Assembly: GCA_045532985.1 (NCBI GenBank)
Contig: JAZSGY010000018.1
Coordinates: 1 to 58,344 of the forward strand
DNA: 58,344 nucleotides
Direction of reading: 5' to 3'
Source: Eubacteriales bacterium
GTDB lineage: Bacteria; Bacillota; Clostridia; Oscillospirales; CAG-272
Position 1 is the first letter of the stretch; each line of letters begins with the position of its first letter. Position numbers and translations under genes: made by a program. Under the pieces are notes generated by a model. It worked only from the letters and a program-made list of their open reading frames with translations, searched no databases and was not told the origin of the DNA. This document shows, in pieces, positions 28,111 through 37,213 of this stretch.

Positions 28111-29550
28111 TCAGCTAAGACCGCCCATGCCGCTCTGCGCCATCTTAACGGTTGCGGCAAGCGTGTTCATAATGTTCTCGTAGGTATCTCTGCTGTTGAT
28201 GATGTCCTGAATGGTATCGCGGGACACGTATTTGGTAACGATCTCCATTTCCGAAAGCGCGTAAAGCAGCTCCTCGACCGAATCGCCAAAGGAGTAGGTA
28301 CGGTCCATTACGTCCATCAAATGACCGAGCGTGCCGAAGTGATCGAGTGCCGAGCTCAGCGTATCACCGCCCTCCTCGCCGCCGTCCGTCATCGCTATCA
28401 GGTCGGGAAGTGCGGACAGAAGCACGCGGATGACCTCTGCCACCTGCTCGCTTTCGTTTTCCTTCTGCTCGTTGGTCAGCGTGTCGGCATCCTTGAATTT
28501 AACGCTCGACTCAAGATCGGTCTTCGTTTGCTCATCCAGCTTCATTGCGGTGCTCACCATTCCAAGCCCCTTGCTGAGGAAGCCGCCAAGCACGTCGGTC
28601 AAAAGATCGCTGTCGATCATTCCGTACATTGCGGCGTTAAGCTTCTCATCCATTTCATCGGAGATGTCACCGTCAACGAAGGTGTCGATGAAATCCTCCA
28701 TATGGATATCACAGTAAACGTAGGACGCAAGCGTTACCGCAGAGTTTAAAAGCGCGTCAAGATCGTTGATGGAATTGCCCTCGTATGCGGTATCGATCGG
28801 CGCCATCGAATAAAGGCTGTTCCAACCGATATTGCTCGTCAGCTTGTAGAAGATGCTGTCGCAGTAGGGCGACATATACTCGTTTGCCGTAACGAGCATA
28901 GGGAAGAACTCGTCGACCATTGCCAGAATATCGCCGTCGTTCTTGGAGCCTTCTTCCTCGGGGATCTCCTCCTCGGACTCGCTTGCCTCCTGGCGTTGAC
29001 AGTAGACGATCGCCTCCTTCGGGATCGAATCAACGGACGATCCAACGAGGTTTAAAAGCGTAAAGATCGGTGACGTAAGGACTAAAAGCAGGATCGCACC
29101 CGTCAAGAAGCCAAGCACCATACCGATCGGCTTCAGCGCCCATTTCTTGGTGTCAAAGCGCTTGACCCAGATGCGGTAGGGGAAGTAAAAAATAACCTTG
29201 ACGATCAGGTAGATCGGAAGAAAAACGAGGGGGAGCGCAACGACGAGAACCAATCCTTCGCCGATCGCAAGCAGCGCGTCAGCGGGAACGTTCACCTTTT
29301 CAAGTGTCTCAAACAGAGAGCTCAAGAGATTCTGGATCGATGCATCCGCAACGAACGTATTGATCAGGATCCCCGCTGCCAAGAAGGAAAGAAGCAACGA
29401 GGTAACGATCGCGACGAGGTTGAAAATGTTTTTGTAGATCCCCTTTCGCATCGAGATCAAAAGACCGATGAGTGCAAAGACGAAAAGACCGATCGTCAGA
29501 TAAAGACCGATGTTCTTCGCCTGTTCCAAGTACTGTTCGTAGGCTTCCAT
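28111..29550 (-). CDS. multi-pass membrane protein with an acidic soluble C-terminal domain (possibly a CvpA-like N-terminus)
   Basis: 479 aa with about 4-5 N-terminal TM segments, then an acidic stretch (EASESEEEIPEEEGS) and a helical domain. It lies 58 nt upstream of the 927-aa gene on the same strand. Confidence 0.7.
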   Translation of the reverse strand: MEAYEQYLEQAKNIGLYLTIGLFVFALIGLLISMRKGIYKNIFNLVAIVTSLLLSFLAAGILINTFVADASIQNLLSSLFETLEKVNVPADALLAIGEGLVLVVALPLVFLPIYLIVKVIFYFPYRIWVKRFDTKKWALKPIGMVLGFLTGAILLLVLTSPIFTLLNLVGSSVDSIPKEAIVYCQRQEASESEEEIPEEEGSKNDGDILAMVDEFFPMLVTANEYMSPYCDSIFYKLTSNIGWNSLYSMAPIDTAYEGNSINDLDALLNSAVTLASYVYCDIHMEDFIDTFVDGDISDEMDEKLNAAMYGMIDSDLLTDVLGGFLSKGLGMVSTAMKLDEQTKTDLESSVKFKDADTLTNEQKENESEQVAEVIRVLLSALPDLIAMTDGGEEGGDTLSSALDHFGTLGHLMDVMDRTYSFGDSVEELLYALSEMEIVTKYVSRDTIQDIINSRDTYENIMNTLAATVKMAQSGMGGLS

Positions 29551-29598
29551 AAAAGTTAAATAAGCACCTCTTTCCGAAAATATAATCCACTAAGTAAC

Positions 29599-29627
29599 AG
29601 TATAGCACAGGTTTTGGTAAAAAGCAA
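29599..29627 (-). promoter_or_regulatory. putative sigma-A promoter of the 479-aa/927-aa gene pair
   Basis: On the minus strand this reads TTGCTT, a 17-nt spacer, then TGcTATACT (extended -10). Confidence 0.45.
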
Positions 29628-29845
29628 TAGGGTACGGCAAATTTTCATCCCTAATATATAAAGATAGATCGTCATTATTTTAACGAGACCGATCCTCCAT
29701 AGGGGGACGAAAAAAGTCGTTTTTGTCCATATAATTTTGCAAAAAATCCATTGTTTTTTGTTGCCGTATCCCTTATAATTATGATATGGATCCTTCTGTG
29801 TTTCAAAGATCCCTCAGTTATTTTTGTAAGTTGAAAGGTAAAAGA

Positions 29846-30607
29846 ATGATGAGACTTTCTGTTTGCGTTCCCTTGATGTTTCGCGGCGTTGATATCTGTG
29901 ACGCAATTCAAACGGTAAGCGAGCTTGGCTACGACGGGATCGAGATCTTCGATTGGAAGCGCTATGATCTTGACCGTGTTAAGGCGGCACTTGACGCCCA
30001 CGGTGTTGAGATGGTCGGAATGTGCACCTCGGAGTTCCGAATGAACGCACCCGAGTTCCGTAAGCCCTGGCTTGACGGCTTCCGCGAGAGCTGTGAGGCG
30101 GCAAAGAAGCTCGGCGCAAAGTATCTGACCACGCAGGTGGGGCAGGACACGGGCGCGCGCCTCGATTTTCAGCATCAGTGTATCGTTGACACCCTCAAGG
30201 CGGCAAAGCCGATCATTGAGGAAACGGGCATCGGCGTACTGCTTGAGCCCTTGAACACCTACCGCGACCACAAGGGTCACTATCTCTGGTCCTCGCTGGA
30301 AGCGGCGGATATCATTCGCGAGGTGGACCACCCGAAGGTCAAGATGATCTACGATATCTACCATCAGCAGATCATGGAGGGCAACGTGATCCCCAACATC
30401 ACGAACAACCTTGACTGCATCGCGCACCTGCACGCCGCAGGTCACCCCGGCAGAAACGAGCCGTGGAACGGCGAGACCAACTACAAGTTCGTCCTCGACG
30501 CCGTCGCCGCCGCAGGCTACAAGGGCGCATGCGGCCTTGAGTATATGCCGAAGCTCGATCCCATCGAGAGCCTGAAGACCGCAATGGATCTTTACGGAGA
30601 CAAATAA
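29846..30607 (+). CDS. hydroxypyruvate isomerase-like sugar phosphate isomerase/epimerase (xylose isomerase-like TIM barrel)
   Basis: The start at 29846 (MMRLSVCVPLMF) gives 253 aa. Blocks are GYDGIEIF, LLEPLN and GHLHAAG-type metal ligands (CIAHLHAAGHPGRNEP). Confidence 0.8.
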   Translation: MMRLSVCVPLMFRGVDICDAIQTVSELGYDGIEIFDWKRYDLDRVKAALDAHGVEMVGMCTSEFRMNAPEFRKPWLDGFRESCEAAKKLGAKYLTTQVGQDTGARLDFQHQCIVDTLKAAKPIIEETGIGVLLEPLNTYRDHKGHYLWSSLEAADIIREVDHPKVKMIYDIYHQQIMEGNVIPNITNNLDCIAHLHAAGHPGRNEPWNGETNYKFVLDAVAAAGYKGACGLEYMPKLDPIESLKTAMDLYGDK

Positions 30608-30620
30608 TTTCAAAACGCAA

Positions 30621-30655
30621 AGAAGCGCGTGCCGCACGGCACGCGCTTCTTTTTG
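30621..30655 (+). terminator. rho-independent terminator after the hyi-like gene
   Basis: A 13-bp GC-rich stem pairs agaagcgcgtgcc with ggcacgcgcttct and is followed by TTTT. A second hairpin with a T tract follows at 30660-30689. Confidence 0.8.
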
Positions 30656-30719
30656 TATAACAGGGACGGCGGAAGCTGTCCCTGTTTTGCATATCAAATC
30701 TTCTTTTTCTTCAAATGGT

Positions 30720-31175
30720 TTAATCCGTAATATCAGTTATTAACCATTGCCCGTCTTTCTTTTTTAAATGAAAATATGATATTTCATCTTCCTCTTGCTG
30801 CGTATCGGGAAAGGTAATTTTTGTACTGACTTCAGCCTCTTCTCCATCAATTGATATTTCAATGATTTCCACTTCCATAAAGTCACCGTCACTTGTAGCT
30901 ACGCCAAGCGAAAAAACAGAAGCAAAAATGGTTGAAGCATCATATCCTGTGAAAATTCCAACCAAGTTGAGCATGGATTTAATAGCGTTTTTTTGTGCTC
31001 CTGTCATATATTCCATTGCTTTTTCCACATCGCCGTCATTATATGCTTCTGTAAATGACATGATGCAAATTTCTATTTTTTCTTCGTCACTGGGTTCTTC
31101 TTTTATTAAGTCGCAAGCGGTGAAACACAGTACCGTAATCGTTATCAGTAAAGAAATCAGGATAAATTTTTTCAT
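30720..31175 (-). CDS. small lipoprotein, unknown function
   Basis: 151 aa with the signal peptide and lipobox MKKFILISLLITITVLCFTAC. The mature part is acidic. Its start overlaps the upstream gene's stop (ATGA). Confidence 0.7.
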   Translation of the reverse strand: MKKFILISLLITITVLCFTACDLIKEEPSDEEKIEICIMSFTEAYNDGDVEKAMEYMTGAQKNAIKSMLNLVGIFTGYDASTIFASVFSLGVATSDGDFMEVEIIEISIDGEEAEVSTKITFPDTQQEEDEISYFHLKKKDGQWLITDITD

Positions 31176-32026
31176 TGCAGAACCTCATTTGGTACCGTGG
31201 TTATCTGTACCTTGTTCTTTGAAAATTCTTTTAAGGTCGAAACGATCATCACAAATGTTACTACATAAAGTGAAACAAACAAGAAGCCTGTAAAATTAAG
31301 CCCTATTTTGAAAATCCCGGATGATCCCAGTTCTCCATTCGATATTCCACCCATCGTATCCATAAAAGCTCCATTTATGAGCATTGAACCGAATTTTATA
31401 ACGAGAAAAAATGAAAAATGGATTATGAAACTGCAACTCAGACATACAATTTCCATGATCAGCCAGCGTTTGCTCGTGCTTCGTGTAAGCATGGGCCATA
31501 AAAGAAAAAACGGAGAAATTGAAATTGCCATAGTAGCAAAATTGTAAATTAATGTTATGACAGAAAGGATTAGCATAACGGTATTGATTGTTTCCAATTC
31601 AGTTTGGGCAAAAGCATCCGAAGTGGATTTTATAAGCGTTTTTCCCCATGAAACACCGTTAAATATTTGTTTCATTGACAACGATAATTTAAGTTCTTCT
31701 CCTACTGAAGATAACGGAATGGAGATTTTAATGCTGTTGGATGACCAGAGCAGTACTAAAAGGAAAGAACAAATAAGAAGAATGAAATATTTGGAGTATA
31801 TTTTTCGTTCGAGTGGTGTTCGAGAAATGGACTCGTCGAAAATAGAGGTAATATGTAGCCTGTTCTTTGTTACAACCAAAAAATTGGATATTTTTTGGAT
31901 GAAGGTGCCTTTGGTTTTGGTTTGGGTGTTCGGTGATGTAAGATTTTCCGATTCAACAACCGTATTACATGAAGGGCAAGTTGTATCTCCTTCATTCAGT
32001 TCTTTGCCGCAATTTTTGCAAATCAT
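31172..32026 (-). CDS. zinc-ribbon domain multi-pass membrane protein, unknown function
   Basis: The start at 32026 (MICKNCGKELNEGDTTCPSCN) lies 6 nt after an AGGAG RBS. A CxxC...CxxC ribbon is followed by about 4-5 hydrophobic segments. The ORF-track start at 32110 has no RBS. Confidence 0.7.
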   Translation of the reverse strand: MICKNCGKELNEGDTTCPSCNTVVESENLTSPNTQTKTKGTFIQKISNFLVVTKNRLHITSIFDESISRTPLERKIYSKYFILLICSFLLVLLWSSNSIKISIPLSSVGEELKLSLSMKQIFNGVSWGKTLIKSTSDAFAQTELETINTVMLILSVITLIYNFATMAISISPFFLLWPMLTRSTSKRWLIMEIVCLSCSFIIHFSFFLVIKFGSMLINGAFMDTMGGISNGELGSSGIFKIGLNFTGFLFVSLYVVTFVMIVSTLKEFSKNKVQITTVPNEVLQ

Positions 32027-32212
32027 AATAGTGCTCCTTTGACGTTGATGTGTCTCGCTGTTTTGACCCCCACAACTTTTTAATTCCCCCTTTCGAATAT
32101 TTGGTGTCAAAATGCGATTTATGACAACATTATACTCTATATATAGACAATTGTCAAGATGCAGAGCATAAAATAAAATAGGATTATAAAAATAATTTTG
32201 TTTGGGGGACTT

Positions 32213-32419
32213 ATGATTTCATACGAGCCGTTTTATAGAACGATGAAAAGCAAAGGAATATCAACCTATAAGCTTGTCAATCAATTTGGAGTGAGCAGAA
32301 GCTTGCTTGATAGGTTAAAGCATGATAAACCTATCAGCACCGTTACGGTGGACGATCTCTGTAAATTTCTTGATTGCAGAGTTGAAGATATAATGGTATA
32401 CAAAAAAGATTGCGATTGA
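32213..32419 (+). CDS. small helix-turn-helix (XRE/Cro-like) transcriptional regulator
   Basis: 68 aa from the ATG at 32213, with a GGGGGA RBS. The HTH region is ISTYKLVNQFGVSRSLLDRLKH...TVDDLCKFLDCRVEDIM. It is divergent from the zinc-ribbon gene. Confidence 0.7.
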   Translation: MISYEPFYRTMKSKGISTYKLVNQFGVSRSLLDRLKHDKPISTVTVDDLCKFLDCRVEDIMVYKKDCD

Positions 32420-32538
32420 GGCGTTTATCAAAGCGCCTATATACCTATGTATCCGAATATTATCTAAAAAGTCTGTCGTATGTCGTAGAACCGTATACAG
32501 CATAAGTCGAAAAACATTGACAGAAAGTACAGAAAAGA

Positions 32539-32584
32539 ATAAAAAAGAGGGAGCAAGTCGGCGCGAAGCCGAGTTGCTCCCTCT
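32539..32584 (-). terminator. rho-independent terminator after ruvB
   Basis: A long hairpin pairs agagggagcaa with ttgctccctct and has an inner GC stem. T6 follows on the minus strand. Confidence 0.8.
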
Positions 32585-32624
32585 TGCGATTTGGGGCGTA
32601 ATTGATCTGTTTGGATTCTTTCCG

Positions 32625-33680
32625 TTAATTTTCTTCCTGAAAAATAGAAGCTTGACCCGATATCTCGCGGTAGGGAATCCCGAGGTGGTCGTAGGCGAGG
32701 TGTGTCGCGCAGCGACCGCGCGGAGTGCGCGCAAGGAAGCCGATCTGGAGCAGGTAGGGCTCGTAGACGTCCTCGATCGTAATTGCCTCCTCGCCAATCG
32801 TTGCGGCGAGCGTATCAAGCCCAACGGGGCCGCCGCCGTAGAATTCGATGATGGCGCGGAGCATCCGTCTGTCGGTGTTGTCGAGACCGAGAGCGTCGAT
32901 CTCAAGCATCTCAAGGCCGTATTTGGCGACCTCCTCGGTGATGCTTCCGTCGCCCTTAACGAGGGCAAAGTCGCGGATACGCTTCAGAAGGCGGTTGGCG
33001 ATACGCGGCGTGCCGCGACTGCGCGAGGCGATCTCAAGCGCGCCCCTTTCATCAATGGTGATGCCGAGGATCGAGGCAGAGCGATGCACGATGCTCGCAA
33101 GCTCCTCCTTCGTGTAAAGCTCCAGCTTCAGAATCACGCCGAAGCGGTCACGCAGCGGCGTGGTGAGCTGACCTGCGCGCGTGGTGGCACCGATCAGCGT
33201 AAATTTCGGCAGCGGCAGACGAATGCTGCGCGCACTCGGCCCCTTGCCGATGATCAGGTCAAGGGCGTAGTCCTCCATTGCGGGGTAGAGAATTTCCTCA
33301 ACCGTTTTTTGCAGACGGTGGATCTCGTCGATAAAGAGCACGTCACCCTCGTTGAGATTCGTGAGAATGGCGGCGAGGTCACCCTGCTTTTCAATCGCGG
33401 GACCCGAGGTAGTGCGGAGGTTGACCCCCATTTCCGCGGCAATGATGGCGGAAAGCGTGGTCTTACCAAGCCCGGGAGGGCCGTAGAGAAGCACGTGGTC
33501 GAGCGAGTCGGCGCGGAGCTTTGCCGATTCGATATAGACCTTCAGATTTTCCTTTGCCTTCTCCTGCCCGACGTATTCGGACAGCGTGCGCGGTCGCAGA
33601 TTGTTTTCTACCTCGTTTTCGGCAGAGAACTGCTCGGTGGATACGATCCGATTTTCAAAATCAAATTCGGTGGTTTCCAT
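32625..33680 (-). CDS. ruvB: Holliday junction branch migration DNA helicase RuvB
   Basis: 351 aa with Walker A ([13 protein letters not shown]), Walker B (LFIDEIHRL) and the block LIGATTRAG. Confidence 0.96.
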   Translation of the reverse strand: METTEFDFENRIVSTEQFSAENEVENNLRPRTLSEYVGQEKAKENLKVYIESAKLRADSLDHVLLYGPPGLGKTTLSAIIAAEMGVNLRTTSGPAIEKQGDLAAILTNLNEGDVLFIDEIHRLQKTVEEILYPAMEDYALDLIIGKGPSARSIRLPLPKFTLIGATTRAGQLTTPLRDRFGVILKLELYTKEELASIVHRSASILGITIDERGALEIASRSRGTPRIANRLLKRIRDFALVKGDGSITEEVAKYGLEMLEIDALGLDNTDRRMLRAIIEFYGGGPVGLDTLAATIGEEAITIEDVYEPYLLQIGFLARTPRGRCATHLAYDHLGIPYREISGQASIFQEEN

Positions 33681-33692
33681 GAAAGCCCCTCC

Positions 33693-34313
33693 TTATCCCG
33701 CAAAGCGCTTGAGCGCCGCGGTAATGATCTGCTCGAGCGTCAGATTCTGCGTGTCGATGCCGCGCAGAACGTTTAATATCTCCGAGCGGCTGTAGCCGAG
33801 GACGGTGAGCGCGTCGGTCGCCTCCGCAAGCTTGCCCGAGGGGGCAGTGCCTGCCGTCTCCCGCACGGCGGCGGGCATTGAGGTGTCGGTGGCACCCGTC
33901 ATGACGTCCTTTGAGATCTTATCCTTCAGCTCCAGCACGACGCGTGCGGCGGTCTTTGCGCCGACGCCCTGTGCCTTCGCAATACCCTTGACATCCTCGG
34001 TGCAAACGGCGTAGGCAAAGCGGTCGGGCGTCATGATGGAGAGGATCGCCATCGCCGCCTTGGGACCGACACCCGAAACGCCGATCAAAAGGCGAAAGAG
34101 ATTCAACTCAGCCTGCTCCTTGAAGCCGTAAAGCTCCACGCCGTCCTCGCGCACCTGCAGATAGGTAAAGAGCTTTACCTTTTTATTTTCCATACCGCCG
34201 AGCGCCTCCGACGTGTTCAGGCTGACGGTGAGTCGGTAGCCGACACCGCCGCAGTCGATCACAGCCGCCTGCGCCTCACGCAGGGCGAGCTCCCCGTTTA
34301 CGTAGTAGAACAT
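33693..34313 (-). CDS. ruvA: Holliday junction DNA-binding protein RuvA
   Basis: The start at 34313 (MFYYVNGEL) gives 206 aa. The HhH motifs are LIGVSGVGPKAAMAILS and KAQGVGAKTAARVVLELK. Confidence 0.93.
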   Translation of the reverse strand: MFYYVNGELALREAQAAVIDCGGVGYRLTVSLNTSEALGGMENKKVKLFTYLQVREDGVELYGFKEQAELNLFRLLIGVSGVGPKAAMAILSIMTPDRFAYAVCTEDVKGIAKAQGVGAKTAARVVLELKDKISKDVMTGATDTSMPAAVRETAGTAPSGKLAEATDALTVLGYSRSEILNVLRGIDTQNLTLEQIITAALKRFAG

Positions 34314-34314
34314 A

Positions 34315-37029
34315 TTATTCTTCCTCTTTCTTTTTTCGTTTTTGAACGCGGCGGATGACGAGCTCCGTCGCAAGCGTACAGAACAGCAGGGAAAGACCAA
34401 TCCCCGTCAGAATATTGCCTGTTTTATATTCCTCGGGCGCGTAGTGCAGGGTGACGGTATGCTCGCCGTCGGGAATATCAAAGGCGAGCAGGGCGTCCAG
34501 CACCTCGTAGGTCTCTGTGGGCTTGCCGTCAACGCTGACCTGCCAGCCCTTATCGTAGGCGATCGTCGTCATCAGGGTGTTTGCACCGCTCTTGGCAGTG
34601 ACCGTACCCTCAATATGGGTGGGGGAGAAGTCGGTGATCACAAGACCGTTTTCCTTGAAGCTACCGAACACGTCACGGTAAAGGTCGGTATCGAGGGAGT
34701 AGATATATCCCTCCGTATGATCGAAGAATGCGCCGTCTTCATCGGTGATATTGACGGTGATCTCGCCCTTCGTTCCCGAGGGGATCCTGCCGAGTAGCTT
34801 TGTACCGCTCGTTTTATCGGTGAAATATTCGCCAAGCTCCGTGCCGTTATGTGCGATCGTTACGGTTCGGAAGTAGCAGCTGGGGGCAAAGAAGTAAAGC
34901 TCGCCCCCGTCGGACAGATAGGGGAGGGTCAGCGTGCCGCTTTCCCCCTCGGTCACGGTGTAGCGGTTGCCGCCGACGTAGAGGGAGCGCGTAAGGTTTT
35001 CGGTCTTGGTCCTGCCGCCTACCTTGGTAAAGAGCGAAACGCTCTCGCCGTACATCGCCGAGACGATCGCATTCATCTTCGGGAAGGGGGAGCCGTAGTC
35101 AGCGTAGATCATACCGTCAACGCGATCCTCGGCATCCTCGGGAACGTCGAGATGCAGCTTTCTTACCTCGTCGCTGACGGCACATCCGAGACCGAAGACG
35201 TAGGGGTTTTCGTAAATATCGACCTCGCCCACGGTCGTGACGTAGGTGTAGACCGAGGAGACGGGCTTGCCCTTTTCGGTAAGCAGATATTTGATATCAA
35301 GAAGACCGTCCGCAACGGCAGAGGAGCCGGCAGGATACATCGAATAATGCGATCTTGAAAGGATGCCAAGGTGATCGAGAAACGCGATCGTATCGAGATT
35401 GAGGGTTGAGGTCGAGCCGGAAAGCCCGTAGTAGCCGAGCGAGAAGGGCTCGTTCGTTTTCTTGCCGCCCGTTTTTTCCATGCGGTAAAAGCCGCCGTCC
35501 TTTTCCTTGACCGCATCGACAGCATCCTGCCAGTATTCCTGCACCTCGGTGTAGGAGGCACGGGAGACGATTACGACGTCCTGATCAAGGCAAAGACTCA
35601 TATAGAGCCCCGACAAAAGCGTCTCGAGAAGAACCGCCAAAAGCAGAAGACGGGAAAAGAGGCGTTTTTTGTTCGGAAATCTGCGAGAAAACAGGAGCAA
35701 AAAGCAGTAAAGCGCCAGAAAGATAGGCGATACGAGCAGAGTGATCCAGGCGTAGCGCCACACGTGATCAAAGACAGCCGCTAAGACGAGAACGAGAGCA
35801 TATACGGCGGCGACGGTCGGAAGGAAGGCGGCGCGTGCCCTTTTTACGTGCGCAAAGACCTCGCACGCCATAACGACGAGGAGAAAGGAGAGCATAAAGG
35901 CGTAGCGACAGTTCATCCAGATCGGCTCCTTGAAGCCGTGCCAGACGAGGTCGAGCATCCGAATCGAGAAGCACGCAAGGAAGCACAGCATCAGCACGCC
36001 GTGGCCCACGCGCTGGCGCAGAGGGATACTGCGACAGGCAAAATAGAAGGGTACAAGGAGGATCGTCAGCATACCGATATAGGATGCGGGAAGCCCCTCG
36101 GGGCGAAGCGTATCGTACGCACCAAAGAAGAATTTTGCGAAAATATCAAGCAGATCGAAGCGCGAGGTGAAGGTATAGATCGCCTCGGTAAATTCGGTCT
36201 TGCCGAAGGTCAGGGAATAATACGCGGGAAAGAGCAGGCACGCGGTGCAAAGCAGTGCGATCGCCGAGCAGGCGGCGACGCGCAAAACGGCAAACGGTAG
36301 CTCACGTACGCGACGCGCCCTCGCAAACCAATAGTAGAGCGAGTAAAGCAGAACGAAGATACAGAGCATATAGCCGATATAGTAGTTTGCGAACACAGCA
36401 ATGAGAAAGCTGAAGAGGTAGAGCTTGTAGCCTCTGCCGTCAATAAGACGCTCAAGTCCCAGAAGGATCAGCGGCAAAAGCGCGTAGGCGTCAAACCACA
36501 TCGTATTGCTTTGCAGCGTCATCACGAAGCCCGAGAGGGCGTAGAAGGTCGAGAAGATCAAAACGGCGGTGCAGCCTGCCTTGCGGCGGTATCGTGCGTT
36601 CAGATAGATGCCCGCAAAAAGACCCGAAAGACCGCATTTGATGAGAAGAATGAAGTAGATCGCTTCCGTGATCATGGATTTCGGGAAGAGTGCAACGAGG
36701 TAGGAGAGTGGGCTTGCAAGATAATAGGCGAACATGCCCGTGAACTCACCGCCCATTGCGCGGGAGAAGGAATAGACGAGCGAGCCCTCGCCGTAGATCC
36801 AATCGCGGAACGCCTCGAAATAATAGACGTATTGGGCGTTGAGGTCAAGCACCAGCACAGAGCCGCCAACCCCGGGCAGACACCCCCACGCGGCGAAGAT
36901 GATCATCATCAGAAGAAAAGGGGTGGCGAAGCAGAGCGCAAGATATGCGTTCGGTCGCCGCGCGTGCAGATCTGCAAGACGGTCACGGACGACTCCGTAG
37001 CGGGTTTTCAGGTTGTCACGGATCTTCAT
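34315..37029 (-). CDS. YfhO family membrane protein (GT-C-type glycosyltransferase-like)
   Basis: 904 aa with more than 10 N-terminal TM, a large extracytoplasmic domain and one C-terminal TM. The block is GSLVYSFSRAMGGEF...ASPLSYL...LLIKCGLSGLFAG. Its stop lies 1 nt from the ruvA start. Confidence 0.85.
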   Translation of the reverse strand: MKIRDNLKTRYGVVRDRLADLHARRPNAYLALCFATPFLLMMIIFAAWGCLPGVGGSVLVLDLNAQYVYYFEAFRDWIYGEGSLVYSFSRAMGGEFTGMFAYYLASPLSYLVALFPKSMITEAIYFILLIKCGLSGLFAGIYLNARYRRKAGCTAVLIFSTFYALSGFVMTLQSNTMWFDAYALLPLILLGLERLIDGRGYKLYLFSFLIAVFANYYIGYMLCIFVLLYSLYYWFARARRVRELPFAVLRVAACSAIALLCTACLLFPAYYSLTFGKTEFTEAIYTFTSRFDLLDIFAKFFFGAYDTLRPEGLPASYIGMLTILLVPFYFACRSIPLRQRVGHGVLMLCFLACFSIRMLDLVWHGFKEPIWMNCRYAFMLSFLLVVMACEVFAHVKRARAAFLPTVAAVYALVLVLAAVFDHVWRYAWITLLVSPIFLALYCFLLLFSRRFPNKKRLFSRLLLLAVLLETLLSGLYMSLCLDQDVVIVSRASYTEVQEYWQDAVDAVKEKDGGFYRMEKTGGKKTNEPFSLGYYGLSGSTSTLNLDTIAFLDHLGILSRSHYSMYPAGSSAVADGLLDIKYLLTEKGKPVSSVYTYVTTVGEVDIYENPYVFGLGCAVSDEVRKLHLDVPEDAEDRVDGMIYADYGSPFPKMNAIVSAMYGESVSLFTKVGGRTKTENLTRSLYVGGNRYTVTEGESGTLTLPYLSDGGELYFFAPSCYFRTVTIAHNGTELGEYFTDKTSGTKLLGRIPSGTKGEITVNITDEDGAFFDHTEGYIYSLDTDLYRDVFGSFKENGLVITDFSPTHIEGTVTAKSGANTLMTTIAYDKGWQVSVDGKPTETYEVLDALLAFDIPDGEHTVTLHYAPEEYKTGNILTGIGLSLLFCTLATELVIRRVQKRKKKEEE

Positions 37030-37213
37030 TCGAAATCACCTTTCGAATGGATTTTTCGAGCGTTTCACGCGGCAGAAGGAGATCGCGGCCGCAGCCGACG
37101 CATACGATGCGGATATCACTGCCCGTCCGCAGAACGCGGAAGTGTGTGTTGCCGCAGGGGTGCTTCTTTTTCAGCTCGAGCGTATCGCCTACGTTAAAGC
37201 GAATGATCTTCAT
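37016..37213 (-). CDS. DUF951 family small protein
   Basis: 65 aa: MKIIRFNVGDTLELKKKHPCGNTHFRVLRTGSDIRIVCVGCGRDLLLPRE. An AGGAG RBS lies upstream. It overlaps both flanking yfhO genes (20 nt and 14 nt). Confidence 0.8.
   Translation of the reverse strand: MKIIRFNVGDTLELKKKHPCGNTHFRVLRTGSDIRIVCVGCGRDLLLPRETLEKSIRKVISNEDP

Larger units (their letters stand above)
30690..32540. other. low-GC insertion (compositional island) carrying three small genes
   Basis: Hand counts of G+C on single 60-nt lines give 16/60 (30721-30780), 25/60 (30781-30840) and 24/60 (31561-31620) inside. Just upstream in hyi (30481-30540) the count is 40/60. The island is bounded by the hyi terminators on the left and the ruvB terminator on the right. 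Confidence 0.6.

Noticed and set aside
30690-32540. Calling the low-GC island a prophage remnant, IS element or integrative element.
   Set aside because: It has no integrase, recombinase, transposase, terminal inverted repeats or flanking direct repeats that I could see. Only the compositional shift and the gene content support a foreign origin, so I annotated it as an island and not as a mobile element.
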